A stretch of 32,000 nucleotides of DNA from Blochmannia endosymbiont of Camponotus nipponensis (GTDB taxonomy: Bacteria; Pseudomonadota; Gammaproteobacteria; Enterobacterales; Enterobacteriaceae): positions 210,001-242,000 of the forward strand of contig NZ_CP046534.1 in the NCBI RefSeq assembly GCF_009827135.1. The letters run 5' to 3'. This document shows, in pieces, positions 20,302 through 31,375 of this stretch; position 1 is the first letter of the stretch; each line of letters begins with the position of its first letter. The notes under the pieces were generated by a model, which worked only from the letters and a program-made list of their open reading frames with translations, was not told the origin of the DNA and did not search any database. Made by a program: the position numbers and the translations under genes.

Positions 20302-21369
20302 TTATTTGTTTAAATATTCAATTATTGTTTGAGAAACTTGTTGAGTTGCATTAGGTATAGCTATGCTTCTAGCACGTTGAGCCATATTACACAATGTTTT
20401 TCTATCCCAAGATTCTAAGACTGTACTAACAGAATCACTTGTAAAGTTTTGTTGCTCAATAATTTTTGCCGCTCCTACTTGCACCAATGGTACTGCATTC
20501 CAATATTGTTGACGATCTCTATGATGTATAAACGGTACAAATATTGCTGGCAAACCTACAATAGACACTTCGCTTACTGTTAATGCTCCAGCGCGAGATA
20601 TCAATACATCTGCCCAAGCATATGCCTGGGCTATATCATCAATAAATTTTACAATCCTATGATCATTTTGCTTTATTTTTTGATAAGCCCATATTACTTT
20701 TTTAAAATCCTGTTCTCCAACTTGATGCCATATAATCAATCTATTAGACAATTTTTCAGCCATATTTGGGATGATTTTATTTAATATATGCGCCCCTTGA
20801 CTACCCCCAATCACCAAAACTCTAATAGGGCCAACACGACCCTGCCATCTTTTGAATGGACTTGGAACAGCTAATATTGTTCGTCGTATTGGATTACCTA
20901 CCATTTTAGCATTAGGAAATGTGCTGGGAAATCCTTGCAATACTTTTACAGCAAAAATTGATAAATACCGATTAGTTAAACCAATAATTCTATTTTGTTC
21001 ATGTATTATTAATGGAATACCACATGTCCACGCTGCTAAACCACTAGGCCCAGAAACATACCCACCCATACCTAATACTATATCAGGTTTCCAATATTTT
21101 ATAATTTTTCGTGCCTGACATACTGCCAAAAAAGTAAATAATGGCATAATACACTTAATATATAATTTTTCACCATACCATCTTTTAACACGGATAAAAT
21201 CAATATCAATACCATATTTAGGAACTAACTTGGCTTCAATACGATCTGAAGTACCTAACCAAATAACTTGATATCCATTACTAATTAAATAATGGGCTAC
21301 CGATAATCCTGGAAATACATGCCCCCCACTACCACCTGCCACGATCATAATTCTTTTTTTTTTATTCAT
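20302..21369 (-). CDS. murG: UDP-GlcNAc:undecaprenyl-PP-MurNAc-pentapeptide GlcNAc transferase
   Basis: 355-aa ORF, the same length as E. coli MurG. Motifs: GGSGGHVFPGL, GGYVSGP, HEQN, SRAGALTVSE. Confidence 0.95.
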   Translation of the reverse strand: MNKKKRIMIVAGGSGGHVFPGLSVAHYLISNGYQVIWLGTSDRIEAKLVPKYGIDIDFIRVKRWYGEKLYIKCIMPLFTFLAVCQARKIIKYWKPDIVLGMGGYVSGPSGLAAWTCGIPLIIHEQNRIIGLTNRYLSIFAVKVLQGFPSTFPNAKMVGNPIRRTILAVPSPFKRWQGRVGPIRVLVIGGSQGAHILNKIIPNMAEKLSNRLIIWHQVGEQDFKKVIWAYQKIKQNDHRIVKFIDDIAQAYAWADVLISRAGALTVSEVSIVGLPAIFVPFIHHRDRQQYWNAVPLVQVGAAKIIEQQNFTSDSVSTVLESWDRKTLCNMAQRARSIAIPNATQQVSQTIIEYLNK

Positions 21370-21371
21370 TT

Positions 21372-22562
21372 TTAAGTACGCTTTAAAAAAGCTTGATTTT
21401 GAGATAAACGTGTTTCAAAATCTATTCTCAACAACAATACACTTGCTATAATTGTAATTAAAAAACTAGACCCTCCGTAACTAATAAATGGTAACGTCAA
21501 CCCTTTTGTGGGTAATATTCCGCTGACAGTTCCTACATTAATGAATATTTGCGATCCAAACCAAATACTAATAGCACAAGCTAAAATACCAGAAAATCTA
21601 TGATTAGAATTCAAAGCACGATAACCAATAGTTATGGCACGAAATACAATTAAAAACAACATCAATAATACTAAAATTGATCCAAAATATCCCAACTCTT
21701 CCGCAATAATAGAAAAAATAAAATCAGTATGAGCTTCAGGTAAATATTCTAATTTTAGCACAGAATTTCCCAATCCTTCTCCAAAACATTTCCCGCGACC
21801 AAAAGCCATTAATGATTGAGTTAATTGATAGCCGTTACCAAATGGATCTTTCCATGGATCTAAAAAAGTAAGTATACGTTGTATACGATAAGGTCGAGTT
21901 ATTATTGACAGAGCAATCAACAACATATTAAACATAAAAATTAATATCAATTGCCATAATTTAGCACCAAACAGAAATAATATAGATAAAGTAGTAATAA
22001 AAAGAATAATAATACTACCAAAATCAGGTTGTGCCAATAATAACACAGCTAACAACATCATTATTATTATAGGTTTACATATACCCCAAAAATTAGTACG
22101 TACTTCTTTCGATTTACGCACCAAATAATTAGAAAGATAACAAATAAAAGATAACTTTGATAATTCTGCAGGCTGAATACATAATGAACCCCACGTTATC
22201 CAACGTGATGCTCCATTAGTAGAAGTATTAAAAATTAATGCAAACATTAACATTACACAACTACACAACAACATAATAACGGCACAATTCTTCCAAACTA
22301 TTATAGGTATTCTCAAAATCATTATAGATAATATAAATGTTATGCTATAATAAATAATTACACGTTTTATAAAATAAAATGGATCGTGTGCTAATCGTAT
22401 TCCAACAGGAATAGATCCCGAACTAATAATAATAAAACCAATACCAATTAATCCCAACAACAACCAAAAAAATATACGATCATATAAAACATTGACATTT
22501 AACGACCTTTCTTTATATAATTTTAATAATTGATTAATAATTTTTATTTTTAAGCACCTCAT
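21372..22562 (-). CDS. ftsW: Peptidoglycan glycosyltransferase / SEDS protein FtsW
   Basis: 396-aa polytopic membrane ORF. Motifs: [58 protein letters not shown]. Its ATG overlaps the murD stop by 1 nt (TAATG). Confidence 0.95.
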   Translation of the reverse strand: MRCLKIKIINQLLKLYKERSLNVNVLYDRIFFWLLLGLIGIGFIIISSGSIPVGIRLAHDPFYFIKRVIIYYSITFILSIMILRIPIIVWKNCAVIMLLCSCVMLMFALIFNTSTNGASRWITWGSLCIQPAELSKLSFICYLSNYLVRKSKEVRTNFWGICKPIIIMMLLAVLLLAQPDFGSIIILFITTLSILFLFGAKLWQLILIFMFNMLLIALSIITRPYRIQRILTFLDPWKDPFGNGYQLTQSLMAFGRGKCFGEGLGNSVLKLEYLPEAHTDFIFSIIAEELGYFGSILVLLMLFLIVFRAITIGYRALNSNHRFSGILACAISIWFGSQIFINVGTVSGILPTKGLTLPFISYGGSSFLITIIASVLLLRIDFETRLSQNQAFLKRT

Positions 22563-23884
22563 TATCCAAGCTCTCGCGAAAAATAAGCAAATGTAAATCC
22601 ACGCATTTCAAAAGATTTAAATTGATCCAAACTAGAACAAGCAGGAGATAACAACACTATATCCCTTTTTTTTATACGACGACTGACAATACGCATTGCT
22701 TGCGTCATTGTATTTGTAAAAATAACATTACTATACCCTAATTCTGTCAATAACAATCCATCTTTTCCAAAACAATAAAGATGTATTTCATGTTGTTTAA
22801 TCAAATGTTTTAACGAAGAAAAATCAGCTAATTTCCCATCACCTCCTAACATTAAATGCAATGTACCAGATAACATTAAATTATTAATAGCTTCCTTAGT
22901 AGCACCAACATTAGTAGCTTTAGAATCATTAATCCAACTCACTCCACGATTTTCATAAATTAATTGACAACGATGCATTAATCCAGAAAATTGACACAAT
23001 ACTTTTACAGCAACAGAACGAGGAATATTGATAATATCCGATAATGCTAAAGCAGATAATGCATTTATATAGTTAACACGACTATTAGTTTTCATCGTAG
23101 AACAATTAAGCACATACTCGTTGTATGCAACTATCCAGCAATGTCCTTTATAATATTTCAGATGATAATCTGCAGAACTGTCAGTCGCACCGAAACTCAC
23201 ACAATAATCATAATTCTTAAAAATAGGTACTGTTAAAGGATCTAAAACATTCATCACACAAATTTTAGCATTTTTATAAATCCTTTGCTTAGAAAGACAA
23301 TATTGTTTTAATCCACCAGGATAACGATCCATATGATCTTCGCTAATATTTAAAATTACAGCTGCTAATGCACGTAAACTATAAGTTGTATCTAATTGAA
23401 AACTTGATATTTCCAACACATATAATTGATATGATTGATTTAATAAGGAAAGAGCAGGTATTCCTATATTACCTGCAACACCGACACGCCAACCAACATT
23501 CTTAGCCATACTAGAAACTAATTGAGTTACTGTACTTTTCCCATTCGATCCAGTAATAGCTATTATCGGTGCAGTTACCTCGCGAACAAATAATTCAATA
23601 TCACCAATAATCTCTACTCCTAATTTTAAAGCTTCAACTAAAATTGGATGATCTAACCGTACGCCAGGACTAACTACAATCAACGTAGCATGCAACAACC
23701 ATGTATCATTGAATGCACCTAAATAACACTGGACGAAATTTGGTAACTTGTTTATTTCTGGAGGACACAGACGAACATCTATCACTTTTGGTATTACACC
23801 ACGCGCTAAAAAAAAATTAACACAAGATAAACCTGTAATCCCCAAACCTATAATTACAACTTGTGATCCTTGGTAATTACTCAT
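22562..23884 (-). CDS. murD: UDP-N-acetylmuramoylalanine--D-glutamate ligase
   Basis: 440-aa ORF. Motifs: [34 protein letters not shown]. Position and length match E. coli MurD. Confidence 0.95.
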   Translation of the reverse strand: MSNYQGSQVVIIGLGITGLSCVNFFLARGVIPKVIDVRLCPPEINKLPNFVQCYLGAFNDTWLLHATLIVVSPGVRLDHPILVEALKLGVEIIGDIELFVREVTAPIIAITGSNGKSTVTQLVSSMAKNVGWRVGVAGNIGIPALSLLNQSYQLYVLEISSFQLDTTYSLRALAAVILNISEDHMDRYPGGLKQYCLSKQRIYKNAKICVMNVLDPLTVPIFKNYDYCVSFGATDSSADYHLKYYKGHCWIVAYNEYVLNCSTMKTNSRVNYINALSALALSDIINIPRSVAVKVLCQFSGLMHRCQLIYENRGVSWINDSKATNVGATKEAINNLMLSGTLHLMLGGDGKLADFSSLKHLIKQHEIHLYCFGKDGLLLTELGYSNVIFTNTMTQAMRIVSRRIKKRDIVLLSPACSSLDQFKSFEMRGFTFAYFSRELG

Positions 23885-23891
23885 ATTTTCA

Positions 23892-24977
23892 TTACCGCAT
23901 TTTTAAAGTAATTAATCCAAAAAACACTAATATCAATGATACGATCCAAAATCGCACTACAATTTTAGGCTCTGGACAACCTTTTAATTCGAAATGATGA
24001 TGAATAGGTGCCATTTTCAATACACGTTCTCCAAATAACTTAAAATAACTTATTTGTAAGACTACAGATAAAGTTTCTATAACAAAAATAGCCCCCATAA
24101 TCAACAATAAACATTCTTGATGCAATAACACCGCAATCACCCCAAGTGCACCTCCAAGTGATAAAGAACCAACATCACCCATAAATATTTGAGCTGGATA
24201 AGCGTTAAACCATAAAAAACCAAGACTAGCTCCAATGATAGCAGCACATACAATTGTTAATTCTCCTGAAAGATACAAATAAGGAATATGCAAATAATCA
24301 GAAAAGTGGATATCATTAGCTATCCATGAAACTATAGCTAATCCGGCTGTAATGAATATTACAGGCACAATGGCTAATCCATCCAGTCCATCAGATAAAT
24401 TCACTGAATTACTTGTACCAACAACTACAAAATATGCCAGCACAATATACCAAATACCTAATTGTGGCATAAAATTTTTAAAGAATGGTAATACTAATTG
24501 TGTAGACGCAACGCTACTATCTGAAACAAAAATAATGATGATCAATGTTAAAGCAATTAATGATTGCCAAAAATATTTATGTAATGCACTCAAACCTGTA
24601 GAATTTTGCCTTTTTATTTTTAAAAAATCATCGATTAAACCTAATATTCCATATGTTATTAAAATAAATGATACATACCATACGTATGAATTAGATAAGT
24701 CAGCCCACATCATTATCGATATAATGATAGATAGAAGTATCGCAATCCCACCCATAGTAGGCGTACCTCGCTTTTGAGTATGCGTTTTTGGTCCATCACA
24801 ACGCACTATTTGAAAAAAACAAAAATTACGAAACCATTTAATTATATGGTATCCTAGCGTCAAAGAAATCAACAATGCCGATAACAAACTAACAATAAAC
24901 CTAAAAGTTAAATAATATACAATGTTAAATCTAGATGAACACAATACTAATACATGCTCTGTGAACCACAGTAACAT
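23892..24977 (-). CDS. mraY: Phospho-N-acetylmuramoyl-pentapeptide transferase
   Basis: 361-aa membrane ORF. Motifs: [42 protein letters not shown]. Confidence 0.96.
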   Translation of the reverse strand: MLLWFTEHVLVLCSSRFNIVYYLTFRFIVSLLSALLISLTLGYHIIKWFRNFCFFQIVRCDGPKTHTQKRGTPTMGGIAILLSIIISIMMWADLSNSYVWYVSFILITYGILGLIDDFLKIKRQNSTGLSALHKYFWQSLIALTLIIIIFVSDSSVASTQLVLPFFKNFMPQLGIWYIVLAYFVVVGTSNSVNLSDGLDGLAIVPVIFITAGLAIVSWIANDIHFSDYLHIPYLYLSGELTIVCAAIIGASLGFLWFNAYPAQIFMGDVGSLSLGGALGVIAVLLHQECLLLIMGAIFVIETLSVVLQISYFKLFGERVLKMAPIHHHFELKGCPEPKIVVRFWIVSLILVFFGLITLKMR

Positions 24978-24979
24978 TT

Positions 24980-26335
24980 TTACCCATCCTGAATAGCATT
25001 TATTATTTGCTCCATTTTACAACCACGTGATCCTTTTACCAATATACTAATTGATTCATGAAGAAACAATATCTGTTTGATATAAATAATTAAATCATTT
25101 TTACTGCTAAAATGTTCTCCCCTCCCACACATTTTAGAAATAAAATAACTAACACTACCTACAGTAATAATTTTATTAATATTTGTAGTTGCAATGAATT
25201 TACCAATATAACAATGATATTTTATCGTTTTATGTCTCCCTAATTCTAGCATGTCACTAACTACCAACAAACGATAACCAGGCATTGTAGTTAATACCTG
25301 GATAGCAGATATCATAGATCCAACATTTGAATTATAAGTATCATCTAATAATAACTTGCCTTTTCCTAAAATAATTGGAAACAATCTGCCAGGTAACATT
25401 TTTATACTTTCTAATCCAAAAACCACTGCTGACAAATCCGCTCCTACAGATAGAGCAAGAGCGCTAGCAGCTAAAGCATTAGCTATATTATGTCTTCCTA
25501 ACATTGATAAAAACACCGAAGCAGTCCCATATGGACTGTGCAAAATAAACTGTGTTCCATGCTTTTTCACAACAATATTGCTTGCAAAGAAATCTACACC
25601 TACACAAGTACATAAAGAAAAAAACCATGTCGATTTCCCGTGCAATGTTTTACGCCATAAAGATAAAGCATGACTATCAGCATTTATAATACCTTTTCCG
25701 TTTACATCTAATCCAGAAAAAACTTTTCCTTTCTCTATTCCTATGTTAGCTAATGATCCAAAACCCGATAAATGTGATGGAAAAATATTATTTACTAAAG
25801 CTACGTCAGCAGCAACTATCCTACTCAATTGAGCAATTTCTCCAGGACGACTCGATCCTAGTTCAACAATCGCAAAATTGTTTTGTTTCGTTAAACGCAA
25901 TAAAGTAATTGGTACTCCTATTGTATTATTAAAGTTACCTTGCGTCGCCATTACATGTCCACAGCCCATTAATATAGATGCGGTCATTTCTTTTACCGAT
26001 GTTTTACCACTCGATCCAGTTATAGCAATAACCTTGGCTGATATTTGTCTACGCACCCAACACGCTAAAGTTATTAAAGCACAATGAGTATCAGGAACTA
26101 TTAGTTGAGGAATATCTAATAACACATGACGACTTACTAATAACGCTTGAACACCAGAAGCAACCGCTTGAATTATAAAATTATGACCATCAAAACGTTT
26201 GCCTACTAATGCTATAAACATACATTGAGTATAAATAATATTTGAATTAATACTAATTGCATGAATAACCACATCCACCCCAATATGTTTAGCATTTAAA
26301 ATTGGCGCTATTTCATGAAGACTAAATGGAATCAT
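24980..26335 (-). CDS. murF: UDP-MurNAc-tripeptide--D-alanyl-D-alanine ligase
   Basis: 451-aa ORF. Motifs: [39 protein letters not shown]. There is a 4-nt ATGA overlap with the murE stop. Confidence 0.94.
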   Translation of the reverse strand: MIPFSLHEIAPILNAKHIGVDVVIHAISINSNIIYTQCMFIALVGKRFDGHNFIIQAVASGVQALLVSRHVLLDIPQLIVPDTHCALITLACWVRRQISAKVIAITGSSGKTSVKEMTASILMGCGHVMATQGNFNNTIGVPITLLRLTKQNNFAIVELGSSRPGEIAQLSRIVAADVALVNNIFPSHLSGFGSLANIGIEKGKVFSGLDVNGKGIINADSHALSLWRKTLHGKSTWFFSLCTCVGVDFFASNIVVKKHGTQFILHSPYGTASVFLSMLGRHNIANALAASALALSVGADLSAVVFGLESIKMLPGRLFPIILGKGKLLLDDTYNSNVGSMISAIQVLTTMPGYRLLVVSDMLELGRHKTIKYHCYIGKFIATTNINKIITVGSVSYFISKMCGRGEHFSSKNDLIIYIKQILFLHESISILVKGSRGCKMEQIINAIQDG

Positions 26336-27837
26336 GATATATTATTCTTTAATAACTTTTTTACTATATCTTGATCAGAATGATACACACAATTATTTCC
26401 GACAATTTGATATCTTTCGTGACCTTTTCCGGCAACTAAAATCACATCCTTTGAACATGCCTTGAGAATAGCAGTCTGTATTGCAAAATAACGATTCTTA
26501 ATAATTCTAATAATATTTTTTGAATATGTGATACCATACATAATGTCATTTATGATCAATTGTGGTTCTTCAGTGCGCGGATTATCATTAGTAATAATTA
26601 CATAATCAGCATATCGCTGTGCTATATAACCCATTAAAGGCCGTTTACTTGAATCTCTATCACCTCCACAACCAAAAACACACCACAATTGCCCGCAACA
26701 ATATCGTCGGATTGAAATCAGTACTTTCTCTAACGCATCAGGAGTATGTGCATAATCTACTACAACCATAGGATATCCATAAGAGCGGAACACCTCCATT
26801 CTACCAACTACCGGTTGTAATTGAGGTGATGTATGCACTAATAATGACAAAGGATATCCTAATACTAACAACGCACCCAAAGCTAATAATAAATTACTTA
26901 CATTAAATGATCCCAACAATTGACTATGAATTACTCCACCTCCCCAGGTTGAATTAAAAATGATATCCATACCATACACGTGATAATTAATCTTAACTGC
27001 ACATATCCATTTACCTTTCCAAAAACACGGTAAATTTTCCGTTATCGTCACTGCTACCGCTTGGGGCAAATAATATAACCATTGACAACCGATACGGTCA
27101 TCAGCATTAATTACATATTTTTCTACATGTAATTCATCAAATAATCGCCATTTAGACATTGAATATTGCGTAATATTTCCGTGATAATCTAAATGATCAT
27201 GACTTAAATTAGTAAATATAGCAACTTTAAAATACAAAGCATCTACACGATATTGCTCTAATCCATGCGATGACACCTCTATAGCAACAAACATAATTTT
27301 ATTTCGAACAAATTGAGCTAATGTTTTTTGAATATCAACAGCAGAACATGTTGTATTATGAGATAAACATATATTACCCAACATTCCATTGCCTAAAGTA
27401 CCCATGACGGCACTTTTTTCTCCCAATAATTGCATCCAATGAGCTAATAAATATGTTATAGTAGTTTTTCCGTTAGTACCAGTAACACCTATTAAATTCA
27501 AAAAACGTGATGGATGATTATAAAAACTACCTGCTATACCAGATATATATCGCGATAAATGATTAATGTAAATTACAGGTATTGTATGTGAATGATAACC
27601 ATATTTTTCAGATACTTTTATATTATTCCAAGGTTCCGATAAAATCGCTACAGCTCCCTTTTTAATCGCATGATCAATATACAATCTCCCATCGGTTTGA
27701 TAACCTTTGACTGCTATAAATAAATTTCCAAATGCAACATTGCGACTATCTAATTGTACCCCCGTTAATGCAAGGCCTGCAGGATCACTAGAAACACGCG
27801 ATGCAATTAATTCATATAAATTATATAAATAACACAT
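26332..27837 (-). CDS. murE: UDP-MurNAc-L-Ala-D-Glu--meso-diaminopimelate ligase
   Basis: 501-aa ORF. Motifs: GVTGTNGKTT, EVSSHGL, NLSHDHLDYHG, DYAHTPDALEK, the DAP-specific DNPRTEEP, and GKGHE. Confidence 0.95.
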   Translation of the reverse strand: MCYLYNLYELIASRVSSDPAGLALTGVQLDSRNVAFGNLFIAVKGYQTDGRLYIDHAIKKGAVAILSEPWNNIKVSEKYGYHSHTIPVIYINHLSRYISGIAGSFYNHPSRFLNLIGVTGTNGKTTITYLLAHWMQLLGEKSAVMGTLGNGMLGNICLSHNTTCSAVDIQKTLAQFVRNKIMFVAIEVSSHGLEQYRVDALYFKVAIFTNLSHDHLDYHGNITQYSMSKWRLFDELHVEKYVINADDRIGCQWLYYLPQAVAVTITENLPCFWKGKWICAVKINYHVYGMDIIFNSTWGGGVIHSQLLGSFNVSNLLLALGALLVLGYPLSLLVHTSPQLQPVVGRMEVFRSYGYPMVVVDYAHTPDALEKVLISIRRYCCGQLWCVFGCGGDRDSSKRPLMGYIAQRYADYVIITNDNPRTEEPQLIINDIMYGITYSKNIIRIIKNRYFAIQTAILKACSKDVILVAGKGHERYQIVGNNCVYHSDQDIVKKLLKNNIS

Positions 27838-27870
27838 ATAATATATTATAAAAAAATTTTGTTTCTTAAA

Positions 27871-29565
27871 TTACTTTAAAAAATCCGGTGCCACATTCAT
27901 TATCTTTAATGTATTCCCCATAACTGCACTAAACACTGGAGTGGATACCATACTTCCGTAATAATGACCATTTTTAGGATCATTTATTACTACTGCCAAA
28001 GCAAACCGAGGATTGCTCGCTGGAGCTACTCCAGCAGTACACGCAATATATTTATTAATATATTTTCCATGTAAACCAACTTTTTTCACAGTACCAGTTT
28101 TTACTGCAACCCGATATCCTTTAAGCGCCGATTGACATCTACCACTTGATAATGATACATTTTCCATCATATCCAAAACAGCACGCACTAACGATCTTGG
28201 AAAAATTTGTTTTCCTAATACCGAATCAGGATCAACCCGTATGATAGAAAGTGGTCTAGATATTCCCATGCCGCCGATAGTAGCATAAACTTTAGCTAAT
28301 TGTAATGGAGTAATCATCAAACCATATCCATAAGAAAACGTAGCACGTTCTATGTCTGACCAACATCTATTATAAGGATATATACCACTACTTTCTCCCA
28401 CTAAACCTATATTTGTTGCTTGACCCATTCCAAAATTCGAATACGCATTAACTAAAACCGCTGCAGGCATGGACAATGCTAATTTAGAAACACCAACATT
28501 ACTGGATTTTTGTAATATCTCTTTAATAGTCAATTTACTACGATGTAATACATCCTTAATTTGGTGACCATTAATCATATAAGTCGATGTATCAATAACA
28601 CTATCTGTTTTTATTATATTACATTTTAACGCAGCCATAATTACAATAGGTTTCACTGTAGAACCAGGTTCAAATGCATCAGTGATAGCACGATTACGCA
28701 TAGTAGATTTATCAACAATAGATAAAAAATTATTTGGATCATATGATGGACTATTTGCCATAGCCAAAATTTCACCAGTGTTAATATCTATTAACACTAT
28801 ACTACCAGATTCTGCTTTATTTACATGTATAGCATGATTTAATTCCCGATATGCTACATGTTGTAGACGCTCGTCAATACTTAAAATAATATTTTGAGAA
28901 GATTGACCGTGTTTCAAAGTCATCTCTTCAACTACTCGACCAAATCTATCTTTTCGTACTGCTCTTTTTTCAGGTTGACCAGTTAACCGAGCATCAAAAC
29001 TTTTTTCTATCCCTTCGATACCTTGGTTATCTATATTTGTTATTCCTACCAAATGAGCAGTGGAGTATCCAGAAGGATAATATCTTTTTGATTCTTTTCG
29101 CAAATATACTCCCGGTAACTTAAGTTGACTAATATATTTAGAAACAGAAGGATCAACTTTCCTTGCTAAATAAAAAAAATGTCCTATGGTCTTAGGACTC
29201 ATGAAATAAGATAATTTAGCTGATGATATAGATAATAATTCAGTTAATTTCATCCAACGACATATATCAGTAACGATCCCACCACACTTGTTAATTTCCT
29301 CAGGATCAATCCAAACAGAATCGGATGGTATACTAATTGCCAATATCTGACCCATTCTATCAGTAATAACACCACGAATAGGCGGAGTGCTCTGTACACG
29401 CAGTGAACGCATATCGCCTGCACTGATCAACTGATCAGAACAAACAATTTGTAAATAAGCTAATCTTAGCAGCAAAATAATCAATATAAAAAAAACACAG
29501 CTATACAATAAATCGAAACGTCCTTTATGTAAATTTATTTTACAATTATAAAATTTAAACTTCAT
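27871..29565 (-). CDS. ftsI: Peptidoglycan D,D-transpeptidase FtsI (PBP3)
   Basis: 564-aa ORF with an N-terminal TM helix. Penicillin-binding motifs are STVKP, SSN (KSSNVG) and KTGT. Collinear with E. coli FtsI but shorter at the C-terminus. Confidence 0.95.
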   Translation of the reverse strand: MKFKFYNCKINLHKGRFDLLYSCVFFILIILLLRLAYLQIVCSDQLISAGDMRSLRVQSTPPIRGVITDRMGQILAISIPSDSVWIDPEEINKCGGIVTDICRWMKLTELLSISSAKLSYFMSPKTIGHFFYLARKVDPSVSKYISQLKLPGVYLRKESKRYYPSGYSTAHLVGITNIDNQGIEGIEKSFDARLTGQPEKRAVRKDRFGRVVEEMTLKHGQSSQNIILSIDERLQHVAYRELNHAIHVNKAESGSIVLIDINTGEILAMANSPSYDPNNFLSIVDKSTMRNRAITDAFEPGSTVKPIVIMAALKCNIIKTDSVIDTSTYMINGHQIKDVLHRSKLTIKEILQKSSNVGVSKLALSMPAAVLVNAYSNFGMGQATNIGLVGESSGIYPYNRCWSDIERATFSYGYGLMITPLQLAKVYATIGGMGISRPLSIIRVDPDSVLGKQIFPRSLVRAVLDMMENVSLSSGRCQSALKGYRVAVKTGTVKKVGLHGKYINKYIACTAGVAPASNPRFALAVVINDPKNGHYYGSMVSTPVFSAVMGNTLKIMNVAPDFLK

Positions 29566-29637
29566 ATAGCACAGGTTATATCATTACACAATGATATACA
29601 ACATTGAATAATATTTTTTATCTATCATATGTATTTA

Positions 29638-29955
29638 TCATTCATGGAGCTTATTATCTTGCATCAAATCCACATAACGCATTTGTAACTTATCTATAGC
29701 GACACGTTCAATTCGACTATAATGAGATAACATTTTTTCTGAAAGTATTAAACTACTCCATTCAGCATCCAAAACATTTTTTTCCAATAAAAGCTTTTCA
29801 CGAACCATAATCATAGATCTGGTTTGATAAGTAACTAAAATAACCAACATTGCTGAAGTTAATACTAACAAAAATAAAAGCAATTGCCACTTACCGTAAA
29901 TACGTAAATCATCGTAAATAATACTAATAAGATTATACTGTTTATTCGCCATCAT
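29638..29955 (-). CDS. ftsL: Cell division protein FtsL
   Basis: Small bitopic protein. LDAEWSSLILSEKMLSHYSRIERVAIDKLQMRYVD matches the E. coli FtsL C-terminal half. The track start at 29961 is a TTG overlapping the rsmH TGA. The first ATG, at 29955, lies 2 nt after that stop, and another ATG is at 29952. Confidence 0.85.
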   Translation of the reverse strand: MMANKQYNLISIIYDDLRIYGKWQLLLFLLVLTSAMLVILVTYQTRSMIMVREKLLLEKNVLDAEWSSLILSEKMLSHYSRIERVAIDKLQMRYVDLMQDNKLHE

Positions 29956-29957
29956 AC

Positions 29958-30914
29958 TCAAAGAATTAATTTTTCAGCGTAACGCAATATCGCACTACGA
30001 GCACGCACATTTCTTTTAATTTCTTGCTTTGAAGGTGTCAACTTCCCCATATTTTTTAATTGACACTCATTTTTATACTTACTAAATATTTGATAGTTTG
30101 TTAAAGGCAGCTTAGATGGCACAGACACAACACAACTGTGTTCACGAATGAAATATTTTACCAATCTATCTTCTAAAGAATTAAAACTAATTACCACTAG
30201 TCTCCCTTTTGGAGACAACATGACTAATGCATCGTTTAATACTCGTATTATTTCTTTTAATTCGTCATTAATATACATTCTAATTGCTAAAAAACTCTTA
30301 GTTGCAGGATGCTTGTGCATATTGCGATATGGAATAGTATCACAAATTAATTTGGATAAAGCAATCGCACTAGTAAAAGGTTTGTATCGTCTTTCAGCTA
30401 CTATAGCCTTAGCAATATTTTTAGAAAATCGTTCTTCCCCAAAAGTTTTTAAAACCCAAGCAATATTTTCCAGAGATGCCTTTGATAACCATTCGGAAGC
30501 AGATTGTCCACTACTAACATCCATACGCATATCCAATAGCCCATCTCGCATAAATGAAAACCCTCTGCTATAATCATTTAGCTGCAATGTACTCATACCT
30601 AAATCTAATAAAATACCATCTACTGCTCCAATCAACCCCATATTTTCAACATACTTATTCATTTTAGAAAATACATTATGTATCATAGTAAATCTACTAT
30701 CTTGTTTAGCAATAAATTCTCCAATTTTTACAGATATCCAATCTCTATCAATCGCCAATAAACGACCTTGTTTAGCTAATCTAGATAAAATTAACTTAGA
30801 ATGACCCCCCACACCAAACGTTCCATCAATATATACACCCGTTGAATTAATGTTTAATGCTTGTATTGCTTCGTCTAGCAATACGCTAATATGATTACAA
30901 TTAGTATAAAACAT
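29958..30914 (-). CDS. rsmH: 16S rRNA (cytosine1402-N4)-methyltransferase
   Basis: The track ORF starts at a TTG (31049) and adds 45 non-homologous Cys/Phe-rich residues. The ATG at 30914 gives MFYTNCNHISVLLDEAI, aligning with E. coli RsmH residues 1-16, for 318 aa against about 313. Motifs: SAM motif IDGTFGVGGHS and HPATKSF. Confidence 0.93.
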   Translation of the reverse strand: MFYTNCNHISVLLDEAIQALNINSTGVYIDGTFGVGGHSKLILSRLAKQGRLLAIDRDWISVKIGEFIAKQDSRFTMIHNVFSKMNKYVENMGLIGAVDGILLDLGMSTLQLNDYSRGFSFMRDGLLDMRMDVSSGQSASEWLSKASLENIAWVLKTFGEERFSKNIAKAIVAERRYKPFTSAIALSKLICDTIPYRNMHKHPATKSFLAIRMYINDELKEIIRVLNDALVMLSPKGRLVVISFNSLEDRLVKYFIREHSCVVSVPSKLPLTNYQIFSKYKNECQLKNMGKLTPSKQEIKRNVRARSAILRYAEKLIL

Positions 30915-31019
30915 ATATATATAACAACCAAAACATAGAGCAGCCACATACGTGCATTGAAGAAAATCGCAACAGTTAATAATAAAAAAACTATTAAACA
31001 TATAATATTTCCATCTTTT

Positions 31020-31049
31020 ATTATATTCAGCGACTGTAGAAATATTCAA
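31020..31049 (-). promoter_or_regulatory. Candidate sigma70 promoter for rsmH/dcw cluster
   Basis: On the minus strand: TTGAAT (31049-31044), an 18-nt spacer, then a perfect TATAAT (31025-31020), about 100 nt upstream of the ATG at 30914. AT-rich DNA produces many such matches. Confidence 0.25.
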
Positions 31050-31226
31050 AATTTGAAATATATTTTTAAAATTACACTTAAAACACTTAAATTTAAATTT
31101 ATCATGATTATAATTTTATATTACAATATAATCATTATTATTAGCAATGATAAAATAAAAAAATCAATTTTAAAAAACTATAATAATATTCTTATTATAA
31201 CATCCTGATTCTGATAATATTAATAG

Positions 31227-31256
31227 TTGACAAACGATATTTAATAGGCTTAAAAT
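31227..31256 (+). promoter_or_regulatory. Candidate sigma70 promoter for leuA
   Basis: A perfect TTGACA (31227-31232), an 18-nt spacer, then TAAAAT (31251-31256), about 120 nt upstream of the leuA ATG. Confidence 0.3.
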
Positions 31257-31375
31257 AAATTTAATGTAATAACTTATCATTTAAATCTGATGTTATTGAT
31301 GGTCTACTAACGTACCATTAACAGAACATCATATACATTGACTGTTTCTAACACTTCATGAGACATGAATAATCT

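Noticed and set aside
20852-26087. Antisense ORFs 20852-21118, 24352-24777, 25356-25673 and 25878-26087, within murG, mraY and murF
   Set aside because: All are nested opposite intact, motif-bearing mur/mra genes. The 141-aa length of the mraY antisense ORF is notable in AT-rich DNA, but nothing else supports coding.
30148-30573. 141-aa ORF antisense to rsmH
   Set aside because: It is nested opposite the conserved methyltransferase core and has no recognisable motifs.
30957-31208. 83-aa plus-strand ORF in the rsmH-leuA intergenic region
   Set aside because: The sequence is extremely I/K/N-rich and low-complexity, there is no SD, and it overlaps the candidate dcw promoter. It is most likely compositional.
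31290-31310. Mini-ORF MLLMVY* upstream of leuA, as a possible leu attenuator leader
   Set aside because: It has only two Leu codons. No downstream G+C-rich terminator/antiterminator hairpin with a U-tract is visible before the leuA ATG.
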